Origin: Malacoraja senta
Lineage: Eukaryota
Direction of reading: 5' to 3'
Length of the DNA: 64,000 nt
Assembly: GCA_038087875.1 (NCBI GenBank)
Contig: JAXLNO010000562.1
Span: forward strand, 1 to 64,000
Shown: positions 1-11,900 of the stretch, one piece after another
Layout: each line of letters begins with the position of its first letter
Position numbering within the stretch: the stretch's first letter is position 1
Translations under genes and position numbers: made by a program
The notes under the pieces: model-generated
What the model was told of the DNA's origin: nothing
Database searches by the model: none
What the model saw: the letters and a program-made list of their open reading frames with translations, nothing else

Positions 1-558
1 TCAGAGTATTGAGTATAGAAGTTGGGAGGTCATGTTGCAGTTGTACAAGACATTGTTGAGACCACATTTAGAGTATTGTGTTCAGTTCTGCCCACCATGT
101 TATAGGAAAGATATTGTCAAGCTTGAAAGGGTTCAGAGAAGATTTATGTTGCCAGGACTAGAGGGTCTGAGCTATAGGGAGAGATTGAGTAGGCTGGGTC
201 TCTATTCCTTGGAGCGCAGGAGGATGAGGGGTGTATAAAATCATGATAGGAATAAATTGGGTAGATGCACAGAATCTCTTGCCCAGAATAGGGGAATCGA
301 GGACCAGAGGACATAGGTTCAAGGCGAAGGGGCAAATATTCAATAGGAATCTGAAGGTAACTTTTTCCACACAAAAGGTGGTGGGTGTATGGAACAAGCT
401 GCCAGAGGAGGTTGTTGAGGCTAGGACTATCCCAATGTTTAAGAAACAGTTAGACAGGTACATGGATGGGATAAGTTTGGAGGGATATGGACTTGTGTAG
501 CTGGGATGGTATGGGCAAGTTGGGCCAAAAGGCCTGTTTCCACACTGTATCACTCTGA
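1..558 (+). mobile_element. CR1-clade LINE 3' fragment (degenerate)
   Basis: Translations LQLYKTLLRPHLEYCVQF...LERVQRRF...YRERLSRLGLYSLERRR and TRGHRFK...VVGVWNKLPEEVV are the CR1 ORF2 C-terminus; ends in a CR1-type tail (GGCCTGTTTCCACACTGTATCACTCT). Confidence 0.9.
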
Positions 559-1944
559 GATGTGCGCCCCTCCCTGTGTATGTCAAAGATTTGATTTAAA
601 AAAAGAATCGACCTGAAATATTAACCTTTTCATTTCCAACGACACCATGAATGCCTGACATTATATAAAAATAACTAAGTAAAGTCTGTCTTAGAAGTAA
701 TATTTAAACTGTCTCATTGCTCTTTATTCTCTACCAAAAACATTTTCTATGCAAAGTGGAAAACTGGAAGCCAAGATCCCAAGACAAGAAGAACTCAGCC
801 GGTCAGGCATTATCCGTGGAAAGAAATGGACAGACAACATTTCAGGTCTGGACCCTTCTTGCTCGTAAAACCTTTCTACTTTCTAAATAAAATCATGTAT
901 TTCGATTCAAGTATCCGTTTGTTACTTTGTCTGAAGGAGACCCCAATCAGAAGCATCACCTATCGCCAAAGGAGTCCCCAACTGGAAGCATCACCCATCA
1001 CCAAATGGATCGATTGTAATCATGTATTGTCTTTCTGCTGACTGGTTAGCACATAACAAAAGCTTTTCACTGCACCTCAGTAAACGTGACAATAAACCAA
1101 ACTGAACTGAACAGTGAGAAATTATTGTTTTGTATTGGGAACTAAAGCGGACATCAACATTGGGTTGAGCTAATCAGTAGTTGCAAAAATGCAATGAACA
1201 GAAGGTAAAAAGGTTAGAGAACTGAACTTCTACACATAATTCCTACCCCAATAAATGTAAAACTCGCATTTTAATTTGTACATCAATAGGTGCTGCACAT
1301 TCAACAGGGCAACGGTTAATGACTTACTTCATTTCAATGGGTTGTTTAATAACCCAGCAGATTGGCTAGTGAATAAATTATTTTTAGTCAGTGGTCCATA
1401 TATCAATAAATAAAAATGGAAAACTATTTTAACATTTTCTACTTTGTTTATGTACAGAAGTTCCACGTCGTTAAAAACTATGAACTCAAAACAGGAAACA
1501 CTTCAACTCTTTTGTTGTTGATTTTGAACAGACTATGAAGCGCTGAAGCAGTTTACGTGCATACCACCTATCAATGCAAATTAAAACATCGCATACCCGT
1601 TTCCCATCGTACAGGTCGAATTAAGTTATTTAACTTGGAAAACTTAACGCATGGAAAATAAGCAATAAGCAAATGGAAACAAAATAGCAGGAAAAATTAC
1701 TCTCAATCTTAAACAGAGGTCAGTATTTAATTGTTTATTTAAAAGTTCGAAATTAGTATCTTAAACGTTTTTTCCTTTCATGGATTAAGAATCCTATCAA
1801 ACTTTCTTTAATGGATTGAGTTTATCTCCTGAAAATACTACGACGCCTGAAAACTAACGTTAAAGTATTAGGCATGTTTATCGTGACTACTAAAATATCT
1901 AACTTTAATGCATGCGAATCACGATGACTTTAAACGTAACTCAC

Positions 1945-1963
1945 CTTGTTTTTTCACTGGCAT
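1945..1963 (-). CDS. DLG2: DLG2 first coding exon, L27-domain isoform (MPVKKQ+G)
   Basis: Minus strand reads ATG CCA GTG AAA AAA CAA G|GTGAGT: 19 coding nt and a consensus donor, matching the MPV(R/K)KQ-D start of L27-type DLG proteins. The DLG2 assignment rests on head-to-head synteny with TMEM126. The rest of the gene lies left of the window. Confidence 0.75.
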
Positions 1964-3099
1964 TTTTCTCTCAGAATGTGGGGTTTGTTTTATATTAGCA
2001 CCAACTTTCTCCAGCTCTCGAGATGCTGGCACCCGACACGGCTCGTGTTTTCCTCTTCTCACTCCCATCAAACTGCTGTCACGCACCGTCAATAGTTCTA
2101 CCTCCTTCGTAACGAATGCCCAATGACTGTTCTAATTAATAGAAACAATCCCCTCTCTCCATCACGCACACACACATGCATACATCCAGAAAACTTCGGA
2201 TAAAAATTTCATGAAGAAACTATTTTAAAAATGGAGAAAATAAATTTCCAGATGCTATTGCGATATTTCAATCCAGTCCAATCTCGGAAGGATTCGATTA
2301 TTTTAAAGGGAAAGACGCAATCTTCACAACTTTTAATATCTAAATCGATATGTTCAAAGATCGTGTTTATTCCATGCTATTCCTTTCCGGGAAGACAATC
2401 GGTTTTCTTTTCCCCCAATTATTTATTTTGGCAGCTTGTTAGGATTTGCAGTCAGGTGCCGATGCGCTGTTTGATCGAGCCAGGAGCGAAGATGTACTGG
2501 GGGAATAAACTGCAGCAGATGCCCGCACTAAGCGTCCAAACATTCAAAGTGCAATATATTGTGTTGTTTTCATATCAATTTCTCATTCCTTGTAGAAGCT
2601 GCTCGTGGTGGCCATACCCACCATCCTGTGCAACTGTTTGTGTCTTAAAAAGAAAGAAAATTAAAGCAATCAAATATTTCCCCAAACACAGATGATGGAT
2701 ACAAATCAAGAATAATTTCCACAAACAATCAGGATAATGCGATCGCAGCACATTATGATTTCAAAAGAGTAATCTTGTTTAAGTTTCAGCGATGCATTAG
2801 GGTTTGTAGCCTCTTTTAGGATTTAATGCATAATAAAAATAACAAGGGGCACTACCCATCTCAGATCATAACAGGTAACATATTAAAAAGTGACACACCG
2901 CGAAGACGTGGGGAAAAGACCAGACAGGAGCAGGTGTCTTCATTCCCCGGTGCTGCTGATACGGGTTGGGCATGAAATCTGGATTAAAGGGCCAAAAACA
3001 TAGCGCGACACCTGCCGAGAATGTTTATTCATACTTGTATTTATCTCCTCTGCTTAAATAGATATAGCACGCGGAATAATTTAAAACGCACCTCCCAGT

Positions 3100-3500
3100 G
3101 AAAGGCAATACTTTTATAGAACTGCCTGCACCAGGGGAGCTGCTGGCTCCCGCTCTGCCCGTCTCCACCTCTCCCTCTGGCTCCGATTCTCGCCCAACGG
3201 TCGCAGCGGCACCCGCTCGCTAACGGAAGGAGCTCGCGTCGCCGTTGAGTGGCGTTTTGTTCACCACTCGGGAACGAGGAGCCGGCCGGGAACAGCCTAT
3301 CGGAGCTGCGCAAGGGGGCGGGTCTTCCGCTGACTCCGCAGGGAGGAGGGACGTCGAGGAGACAGGTCGGTCGGTCAGGTGATGAACATGTCTGCCGCCG
3401 GCGTGCTGGGCTCATTTGGAGGGCAAGCGAACATCTGACAGTTTACTTACGTTTTACTTTAGTAAGTTAGCGCATTTCGTCTTTTTCTCACTGATCTCGG
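3100..3500. promoter_or_regulatory. CpG-rich putative bidirectional promoter for DLG2 (-) and TMEM126A (+), including a probable non-coding TMEM126A exon 1 ending at 3461
   Basis: GC/CpG-rich stretch in AT-rich surroundings, GC box GGGGCGGG near 3315, donor-like TTA|GTAAGT at 3461/3462, located between two divergent start codons (1963 on -, 3782 on +). Confidence 0.6.
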
Positions 3501-3781
3501 CAACGGTTCCACGTTGTCAGTCGGGTGCAGAAGATCTTGCTCAGGTATATTTGTGTTTGTTCTATTTTGCAAAGGATGCTTGCACTAATTGTTGAAATCA
3601 CGGCACTTTTTTCCACTGTTAAAACGAACGTATTGATAAATGTGTTTTGTTCCACGGTTTATTTATATAAATTGTACACATTCGGGTTTATTAATCTGAC
3701 GCCATTTTTTAATTGATAGTGTAGAGGATTGGTAGTTTGCAATATTTAATTTTAAATTATAAATATTTGTAGGCAACGATA

Positions 3782-3891
3782 ATGGCAGACAATGTTACAT
3801 TACTTGGACAAGATCATCAAAATAATAATCCCAGCCCAAATGTGATGCAAATGCTCATTGAACGGTTTGAACGTCTTCCCGAATTGGACAG
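3782..3891 (+). CDS. TMEM126A: TMEM126A-like coding exon 1
   Basis: Acceptor TTTGTAG| at 3772; ATG at 3782; MADNVTLLGQDHQNNNPSPNVMQMLIERFERLPELD-R ending AG|GTGGGT (phase 2), in frame with the exon at 20844; resembles the 'xxxLPExxR' end of the TMEM126A first coding exon. Confidence 0.75.
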
Positions 3892-4007
3892 GTGGGTTAC
3901 TTTATATCAATCCCTCCAATATAACTTGTATGATGTTACGTACTGTAAATGACCCAGTCATTATCACAACATGGTACAACATAGTTTTATTAAAGATCAC
4001 TTACAGT

Positions 4008-5047
4008 AGCAATGTTACAAAATTTTGAGATTTTAAAAATCAAGTCTGTAATTTATCCCATCAGTTAAAGCATAAAAATAAGTTTAATTTGACACCTAAT
4101 TCACTTTCATATCTTCAGTATTAAAGAAGTTATGGCCATTTTCATACTCTGAAATTAGCATCTTGTTCCCTATTGTTTTTCCATTGACTTGACACAAAAG
4201 CTGTGATCGAGGACAGTCAAAAGCCCATAACTTTCTTAAAAATTAAGAGAACTGAAAGAAATGTTCAATTATTATAGATTGAAGCATTCTGAAACAAATA
4301 TGAAACAGTCTTACTTTGACGACATGAAATTAAAGCATATAATTAGTTAGTTACCTAATTGTAGCTAATTACAAAATTCAATTACTAGATCTAAACATCT
4401 ATCAATTTCTTAAGAATAGATGAACATTTTTACAAAGCCTAAGTGTCCAAATAACATTCACACAAGAATTCACAATATAACACAATTTTTAAATCTCATT
4501 GTCATGGATTTATAGGCCAAATGGAAGGAATTTAATGTTTAATACCTGTAAATGAATGGCCATTTAAATCATCTTGCGAGTGGGTTTTTCTGGAATGCGA
4601 TCATTTGGAACGTTGCGGTTGCGGTGAATTTAAACCCGTATCGGCATGAAAAATACTGCCGGTTCGTTCGGGGGAAAAAATCACCGTTTCGCAACTTAAA
4701 ATGTGAATTAAAGGCATCTTAAGGAGCACTTTTATACATAAAATAAACGGCTTTCGTTTACCTGTCCTGTGCGTGAAATCCGTCCCCGTTGTCGGCGTTG
4801 ACGGCTTTAGAAGCTGATTTTAAAATAACTCCAGCGCTGAACTTGTCAGGCGAATAAAAAAACAAAATACACAGAACGCCCGTCGGAACGATTCTTCAGC
4901 AAAGGGTTGCACTCCAACGAAATATAATCCAGGACATGGTAGGAGAAACCTGCGTTTTAACCCCGCCCCCCCCAAAGGCGCCAAAATCGCGCACACGGCC
5001 AGTGGCAGAATTGCAGCACCGCTGAAGGTAAGTATTGTAACATACCT
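4008..5047. mobile_element. Non-autonomous DNA transposon with short TIRs and a 9-bp TSD
   Basis: Left end AGCAATGTTACAA versus right-end reverse complement AGGTATGTTACAA (11/13); flanks ACTTACAGT (3999-4007) and ACCTACAGT (5048-5056); no long ORF. Confidence 0.65.
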
Positions 5048-5107
5048 ACCTACAGTACACTTCAGCACGTTGTTATAGCAATGTGACGACGATTAGACTG
5101 GCAGCAT

Positions 5108-5129
5108 CAAAGATCTTATAAGATCTTTG
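5108..5129. repeat. 22-bp perfect palindrome with 8-bp TSD-like flanks
   Basis: CAAAGATCTTA|TAAGATCTTTG; flanks GGCAGCAT and GCCAGCAT (7/8). Confidence 0.8.
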
Positions 5130-5161
5130 GCCAGCATGAGCTGAGTTCTGATAATATAAAC

Positions 5162-5195
5162 CAAAGATACTAGAGGAGCTCCTCTAGTATCTTTG
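5162..5195. repeat. 34-bp perfect palindrome with 8-bp TSD-like flanks
   Basis: CAAAGATACTAGAGGAG|CTCCTCTAGTATCTTTG; flanks ATATAAAC and ATATAATC (7/8). Confidence 0.8.
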
Positions 5196-5956
5196 ATATA
5201 ATCCGTGTAGTAAGCAGAGCTTCTATTAATAAAGCACTACAATTGGTTAGTGTGGAGTAACCAATCTACACGTACTATAAGTAGTGATGTATTTCAGTAT
5301 AAGCTGTTCAAGAATTTAATAATATAAGTGGACCTATATTCATGTTTGCTTAAACCAAATTAATTTTAAGTGTCATTTTTTTAAGTTAACTGAAACAAGC
5401 ATGATCTGTAAAGGTGGCGATGGAAGCCATTTGTGTAATTGTACATATGTGGTTTATGAATAGGGCAACCCTTGACTAGGGAAGAAGACCCTAGCAAGCC
5501 TACTCTTGTTTTACTTAATGGCTACAATTTTTTGGGCTGTTATATGTGAGTGTCGTACTGAAGGCTCTTCCTGGGTAGATAGTTTTTTTTAAATTGAGCT
5601 GAGAGGTCTTTGAGATCAGTATGTTCCTTTTCATTCTTGAAGTTCAGAAATGAATAATTGTTCCTTGAGTGTGGTACAAATTGTAACCAGTGATGGTGAA
5701 CCATTTCTTAGAAACTGAAAAGAGGAGGTTCCTGCAGTTTCTAGAAATAACTTCTCTTTGTAGCAAATAAGATTTCAAGAGATGACAGATGGATAGCTTA
5801 TTTTCTTGACCCAGTTACTCTTACAAGAAATGTGGAGATGCCATCCACATTGACAAGGGTATTCCATTTTTATTTGAACCCTTCCTTAAAAAAAACAACC
5901 AAATCATCAAATAATAGTTTCGTCCTACTTTGTGTTATTCATTCCAAGAATACACA

Positions 5957-6045
5957 GTCAGTCTGAAGAGGGGTCCCAAAACATTCTGTCCATTTCCCTC
6001 CACAGATGCTGCCTGACCTGTTGAATTCCCCCAGTACTTTGTTTT
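5957..6045 (+). mobile_element. Degenerate solo copy of the Penelope pseudo-LTR/hammerhead tail
   Basis: CAGTCTGAAGAGGGGTCCC...CCACAGATGCTGCCTGACCTGTTGA...CCAGTACTTTGT aligns by eye to 8765-8860. Confidence 0.6.
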
Positions 6046-6859
6046 ATGGATTCCAACAAGCCTTTCAGACTAGTCAGAAAAGTAAAAGCAAGTAGTTTTC
6101 CAAGGTGAACTGAGAAGATGAATACAAAACTGACTCAATGAAAGGAAGAGAATAGAAATTGCACATTAAATGGTAGAATTTGGAAAATGTAAAGGAACAG
6201 AGAGGCTTTTGTATGCAAATCAATTTATTAACAGGAAATACACCTGATATTCTTCCCTTTACTGACCAAAATGTAGAAAACAAAAGCAGAGAGCAGTACA
6301 GCTCTTTAGAAAACTATTATCTTTCACAGTGCTATCATATTTCAGGAAGGATCTGAAGGTACAAGAAAATATACTCGAGCTTTGAGGGTGTGACAGGACT
6401 GGAGAATTCTTGTTCAGAAGAAAGATTTTAATATGCTTAGGCTGTTTTTATTTGTGGTGAATAAAATCTAGTAGATTTTATTTGTGGTGAATACAATCAT
6501 AAGGGATTGTTTAAAGTTGATAAGAAAGGCATATTTCATTAAGCAGAGAAGTCAATATCCAGGAGGCAGATTCAGTAAATAGGTAAAATGTAATTGAAGA
6601 AAAAATTCTGTTCATCAGTAATACGGATATGGCAGAATCAATCTTGTTGCATTTTATAAGTAAACTTGAAGTGTTTCTATCTTCCAAGAGCTGGGATATT
6701 GAATTAATCTGTTACATTATCTTAGCCTTTCTTCAAGATCAAGGATTATTTACTATTTCACCATTTTTTTTATGTCCTCCGGTATTTTTATATCCTCTTT
6801 TACAAGAGATTTTAAATTGTACATGGACTGATTGCTGGAGCTGCGGCACTTTAGACCTA

Positions 6860-7787
6860 CAGTGCCCTCCATAATGTTTGGGACAGACCCATCATTTATT
6901 TATTTGCCTCTGTACTTCACAATTTGAAATTTGTAATTAAAAAAAAATCGCATGTGTTTAAAGTACACATTGTCAGATTTTAATAAAGGACATTTTTATA
7001 CATTTTGGTTTCACCATGTAGAAATTACAGCAGTGTTTATACATAGTCCCCCCCATTTCAGGGTACCATAATGTTTGGGACAGAGCAATATGTCAATGAA
7101 AGTAGTCATGTTTAGTATTTTATTGCATATCCTCTGCATGCAATGACTGCTTGAAGTCTGCGATTCATGGACATCACCAGTTGCTGGGTGTCTTCTCAGG
7201 TGATGCTCTGCCAGGCCTGTATTGCAGCCATCTTTAGCTTATGCTTGTCTTGGGGGCTAGTCCCTTTCAGTTTTCTCTTCAGAATATAAAAGGCATGCTC
7301 AATTGGGTTCAGATCGGGTGATTGACTTGGCCACTCAAGAATTGACCATTTTTTAGCTTTGAAAAACTCCTTTGTTGCTTTAGCAGTATGTTTGGGATCA
7401 TTGTCTTGCGGTAGAATGAACCACCGGCCAATGAGTTTTGAGGCATTTGTTTGAACTTGAGCAGGTAGGATGTGTCTATACACTTCAGAATTCATTATTG
7501 TTACTACCATCAGCAGTTGTATCATCAATGAAGATAAGTGAGTCAATACCTTCAGCAGCCATACATGCCCAGGCCATAACACCCCCAACACGGTGTTTCA
7601 CAGATGAGGTGGTATGCTTTGGATCTTGGGCAGTTCCTTCTCTCCTCCATACTTTGCTCTTACCATCACTCTGATATGTTAATCTTCACCTCATCTGTCC
7701 ACAAGACCTTTTTCCAGAACTGTGGTTGCTCTTTTAATTATATCTTGGCAAACTGTAACCTGGCCATCCTATTTTGGCGGCTAATCA
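6860..7787 (-). mobile_element. Tc1 (DD34E) transposon, one end only
   Basis: TA|CAGTGCCCTCCATAATGTTTGGGAC terminus shared with the 42051 element; minus-strand QDNDPKH...WPSQSPDLNPIEH with 34 residues between D and E; sequence stops at a LINE tail. Confidence 0.9.
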
Positions 7788-8764
7788 AAATGAATGAATG
7801 ATGAATAAGTTTATTGGCCAAGTAAGTATGTACACACACATGCCTTAGTGCTCCACTTGCAAGTAACAACACAACATACAGTAGCAATAAAGAATGACAC
7901 ATAAAACATTAAACATTAATAATAAAACATTACAGTTTAAACTTGTGAATGAAATAAAATACCAGAGCAAAAGGAGGCTACAGACCTTTGGTTATTGAGT
8001 AAACTTACTGCACGTGGAAAAAAACAGTTTTTATGTCTGGCTGTGGCGGCTTTGACAGTCTGGAGTCTCCTTCCAGAGAGAAGTGCTTCAAAGAGTTTGT
8101 AGCCAGGGTGAGAGCGGTCAGAGATGATCTTACCCGCTCACATCCTTGCAGTGTACAGTTCGTCAATGTGGGGGGAAGGTTGCAACCAATAACCTCAGTT
8201 GATCGGACGATTAGCTGCAGCCTCTGGATGTCGTGCTTGGTGGCTGAGCCAAACCAGACCATGTTGGACAAGGTGAGGATAGACTGTACGATGGCAGTAT
8301 AGAATTGGACCATCATTGCCTGTGTCAGCTTGTGTTTTCTCAGCTGCCGCAGGAAGTACTTTCTGCCTTTTTGACTATGGAGTCGATGTTGGCCCCCCCA
8401 TTTCAGGTCCTTGGTGATGATGATTCCAAGGAACTTAAATGACTCCACAGGTCGGTCCGCAATAACCAACCTGAACTCCCGGTGGCTCAGCACTTCAACT
8501 CCCCCTCCCATTCCGTATCTGACCTCTCTGTCCTGGGTCTCCTCCATGGCCACAGCGAGCAACACCGTAAATTGGAGGAAATGCACCTCATATTCCGCTT
8601 GGGCAGTCTACACCCTGGTGGCCTGAACGTTGAATTCTCCCAATTCTGCTAGCCCTGGCTGTCCCCTCCCCTTCATCAGCCATCTGGTTGTCTCCTCCCC
8701 TCCCCCAACCCTCGGGCTCCTCCTCCTCCTTTTCCTTTTTTCCTTTCTTCTCCCCACCCCCTAT

Positions 8765-8800
8765 CAGTCTGAAGAAGGGTTTCGGCCCGAAACGTTACCT
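8765..8800 (+). ncRNA. Minimal type I hammerhead ribozyme motif, copy 1
   Basis: CUGAAGA-A, helix II GGGU(UUCG)GCCC, GAAAC-GUU with the palindromic ACGU typical of dimer-forming minimal hammerheads of PLE pLTRs; helix I next to the core is only about 2 bp. Confidence 0.7.
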
Positions 8801-8931
8801 ATTTCCTTCGCTCCATAGATGCTGCTGCACCCGCTGAGTTTCTCCAGCATTTTTGTGTACCTTCGATTTTCCAGCATCTGCAGTTCCTTCTTTAACACTT
8901 TGTCTACTCCACTGCGAAATCTCGTCAAGGT

Positions 8932-11900
8932 ATGCCTACTTTGAAGAAGTTCTCCTCCTCTCTCCGGAGACTGTTCCACACCCAACTCGCTAACTGCCCC
9001 ATCTCTGTGATCCCCCCTGCCCTCCAACTCTACGACCACATCCTTACCCAAACTCGATACCACAGCCACATCTGCTTCCTCGGGGCATGCCTGCGCCTCC
9101 ATCTCATACCTCATGGCTTCCAGCTCCAGTTCCCTACTTCCCAGTTCGGACCTCAGCCGGACTATCGGTACCGACTGGCTATCTACCGGCATACCCAACA
9201 ATTCTCCACCCGGGCACTGAGATCCACACTGACTGCGATGCGCCGGCATCAGCAGGACCTCGCATTGACTCTCCCGGAACTTCGGGCCTCACTCACCCAG
9301 ACCTGCAACGGACCACAACTGTACTTTATCCGCCGGAAGATCCACCTCTTCAATAAAAGATTCCTGGCCCACCTCAACTCCACCAAGGACCTTAAATTAG
9401 CCCGCCTCCAGGCCGCTCCCGCCGCCGACTCTCCGCAACTCGACCGCCCGCTGGCTCCGGGCCCCAACTCCGGCCCGCATCGCCTGCCCCGGTCCCGCGA
9501 CGCCATCTTGTCCACGGGGAGCGACTCCAGTACTCACCAGGACGCCATCTTGTCCACGGGGAGCGCCTCCAGTACTCACCAGGAGGTCGCCTTCACCGAC
9601 CTCCACGTCGATGCTGCCGCCGACCTTCACCTGCCTACCGATGACGCCCAGGCTCGCCGCTTCTACGGTAACTCGGACTTCCTTCCCCTCGCCGATTCCT
9701 CCGAACCTCGCCGCCCCCCGGGACCTCCCAGCATCGCCGCCGGACCGGGCCCATCCAGCATCGCCGCCGGACCGGGCCCACTCTACACGGCCGCCGGACC
9801 GGGGATCCACGAACTTGGCCGCCGCACCGCACCCTATTCACCCCGTCGCCTCACCGGACTGGTCGAACCGCGCCGCCCCACCGACCATCCGCTTACCGGG
9901 ACCTCCCACGCATCGCCCGTGGACCCCGACTCTACTGCCCACCTACCCCGACCATCGGGTCCGCCAACCCTCGCCACTGCAACGACCTCCAGCCCCACCG
10001 ACCCCGACTACACTGCCCACGGACCCCGACCATCGGGTCCGCCGACCCTCGCCATTGCAACGCCCTCCAGCCCCACCGACCCCGACTACACTGCCCACGG
10101 ACCCCGACCGTCGGGTCCGCTGACCCTCGCCACCGCACCTCCCTCCAGCAGCCCGCAGCCGTCGCCTTACCTGCAAACTGGACTCTGTACTGGGCCTGAA
10201 GCCTCCACGCTGTTCACTCCCACTCTCCGGGGTTTGACTCCACTGGGTCCTAGCGCTAGTCTGCCTAGCCCGGGTTATCTCAGTGGCAGTTCCACTGATT
10301 CTTCCCCATCCCTCTCCAACTATGGGACCACTTCTCTTCCACACCCACACCACTGCCCTCTCACCCCCCCACCCCCTGACCACCCACCACCCCCCCACCA
10401 CACATCGCCTCGTCCCCATTACACCCACCTGCCTTCCTCCGGCCCCAACCCCCATCCCTGCCGGGTGTTCACCATCCCCCCCGACCTCCCCCTCTCCGAC
10501 ATCGAACGGTCTGTCCTCAGCAGAGGTCTTACCTTTGTCCCCCTCCGTCCCCATCTCAATGAGTTCCGTGCCCTCCATGACTTGGAACGCTTCTACCGTC
10601 GCCTCCGCCTCACAGCTCACTTCCATGGGAAGCAGTCCTCGCTCCCCACTGATGACCCCTTTTCCAGTCTCCAACGCACCCCATCCTCATGGAACCCCCC
10701 TCGCAGCCTTCCGGCTTTAGAACTCTTTATTAAAAACTGCCGCCGTGACATCCACCGCCTCAACTTCTCCACTCCCCTGTCTCACTCCAATCTCTCCCCC
10801 CTTGAACGCACTGCCATCGACTCACTCCGCAACAACCTAGATTGGGTTATCAAACCCGCCGACAAGGGAGGTGCCGTGGTAGTCTGGCGCGTCGACCTCT
10901 ACAAAGCTGAGGCCACGCGCCAACTCTCGGACACCTCTTCCTACTTACCCCTGGACCATGACCCCACTGACGAGCACCAGGCCACCATCTCCAGCACCAT
11001 CACCAACTTCATCCACTCCCACGCCCTGCCCGAACGAGCCTCCAACCTCATCGTTCCCCAGCCCCGCACAGCCCGCTTTTACCTTCTCCCCAAAATCCAC
11101 AAACCTGACTGTCCCGGTAGACCCATTGTCTCTGCCTGTTCTTGCCCCACCGAACTCATCTCCACCTACCTCGACTCCATACTATCCCCCTTGGTTAAAT
11201 CCCTCCCCACCTATGTTCAAGACACCTCAGACACTCTCCGTCATCTCCGCGCATTCCACTCTCTAGGCCCTCACCCCCTCATCTTCACCATGGACGTCCA
11301 GTCACTGTACACCTCCATCCCCCACCAGGATGGTCTCAAAGCCCTCCGTTTTTTCCTCGACCGTAGAAGCAATCTATACCCGGCCACTGACACCCTCCTC
11401 CGCCTAGCGGAGCTGGTACTTACACTTAATAACTTTTCATTCGACTCCTCCCATTTCCTCCAAATACAAGGCGTAGCTATGGGCACACGCATGGGCCCCA
11501 GCTACGCCTGCCTCTTTGTCGGGTACGTAGAACAATCCCTGTTCAATGCGTACCAGGGCCCCATCCCCGACCTCTACCTCCGCTACATCGATGATTGTTT
11601 TGGTGCCACATCCTGCACCCACACACAACTGACTGACTTCATCCGCTTCACCACCAACTTCCATCCGGCACTTAAATACACCTGGACCATTTCCGACACT
11701 TCCCTACCATTCCTTGACCTCACTATCTCCATCGCAGGTGATAGACTCCTTACCGACATCCACTACAAACCTACCGACTCCCATGGCTATCTGGACTACA
11801 CTTCTTCCCACCCTGCTTCCTGTAAGGACTCCATCCCCCACTCCCAATTCCTCCGTCTACGCCGCATCTGCTCCCAGGATGAGGCGTTCCACACCAGGGC

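Noticed and set aside
2231..2695. 154-aa ORF, and ORFs 3041-3415 and 3249-3470, in the promoter region
   Set aside because: No recognisable domain or coding-like composition; probably UTR, intron or promoter sequence.
8005..8586. 193-aa minus-strand ORF as a novel fusion gene
   Set aside because: Chance read-through across the junction between antisense PLE and the Rex1 fragment.
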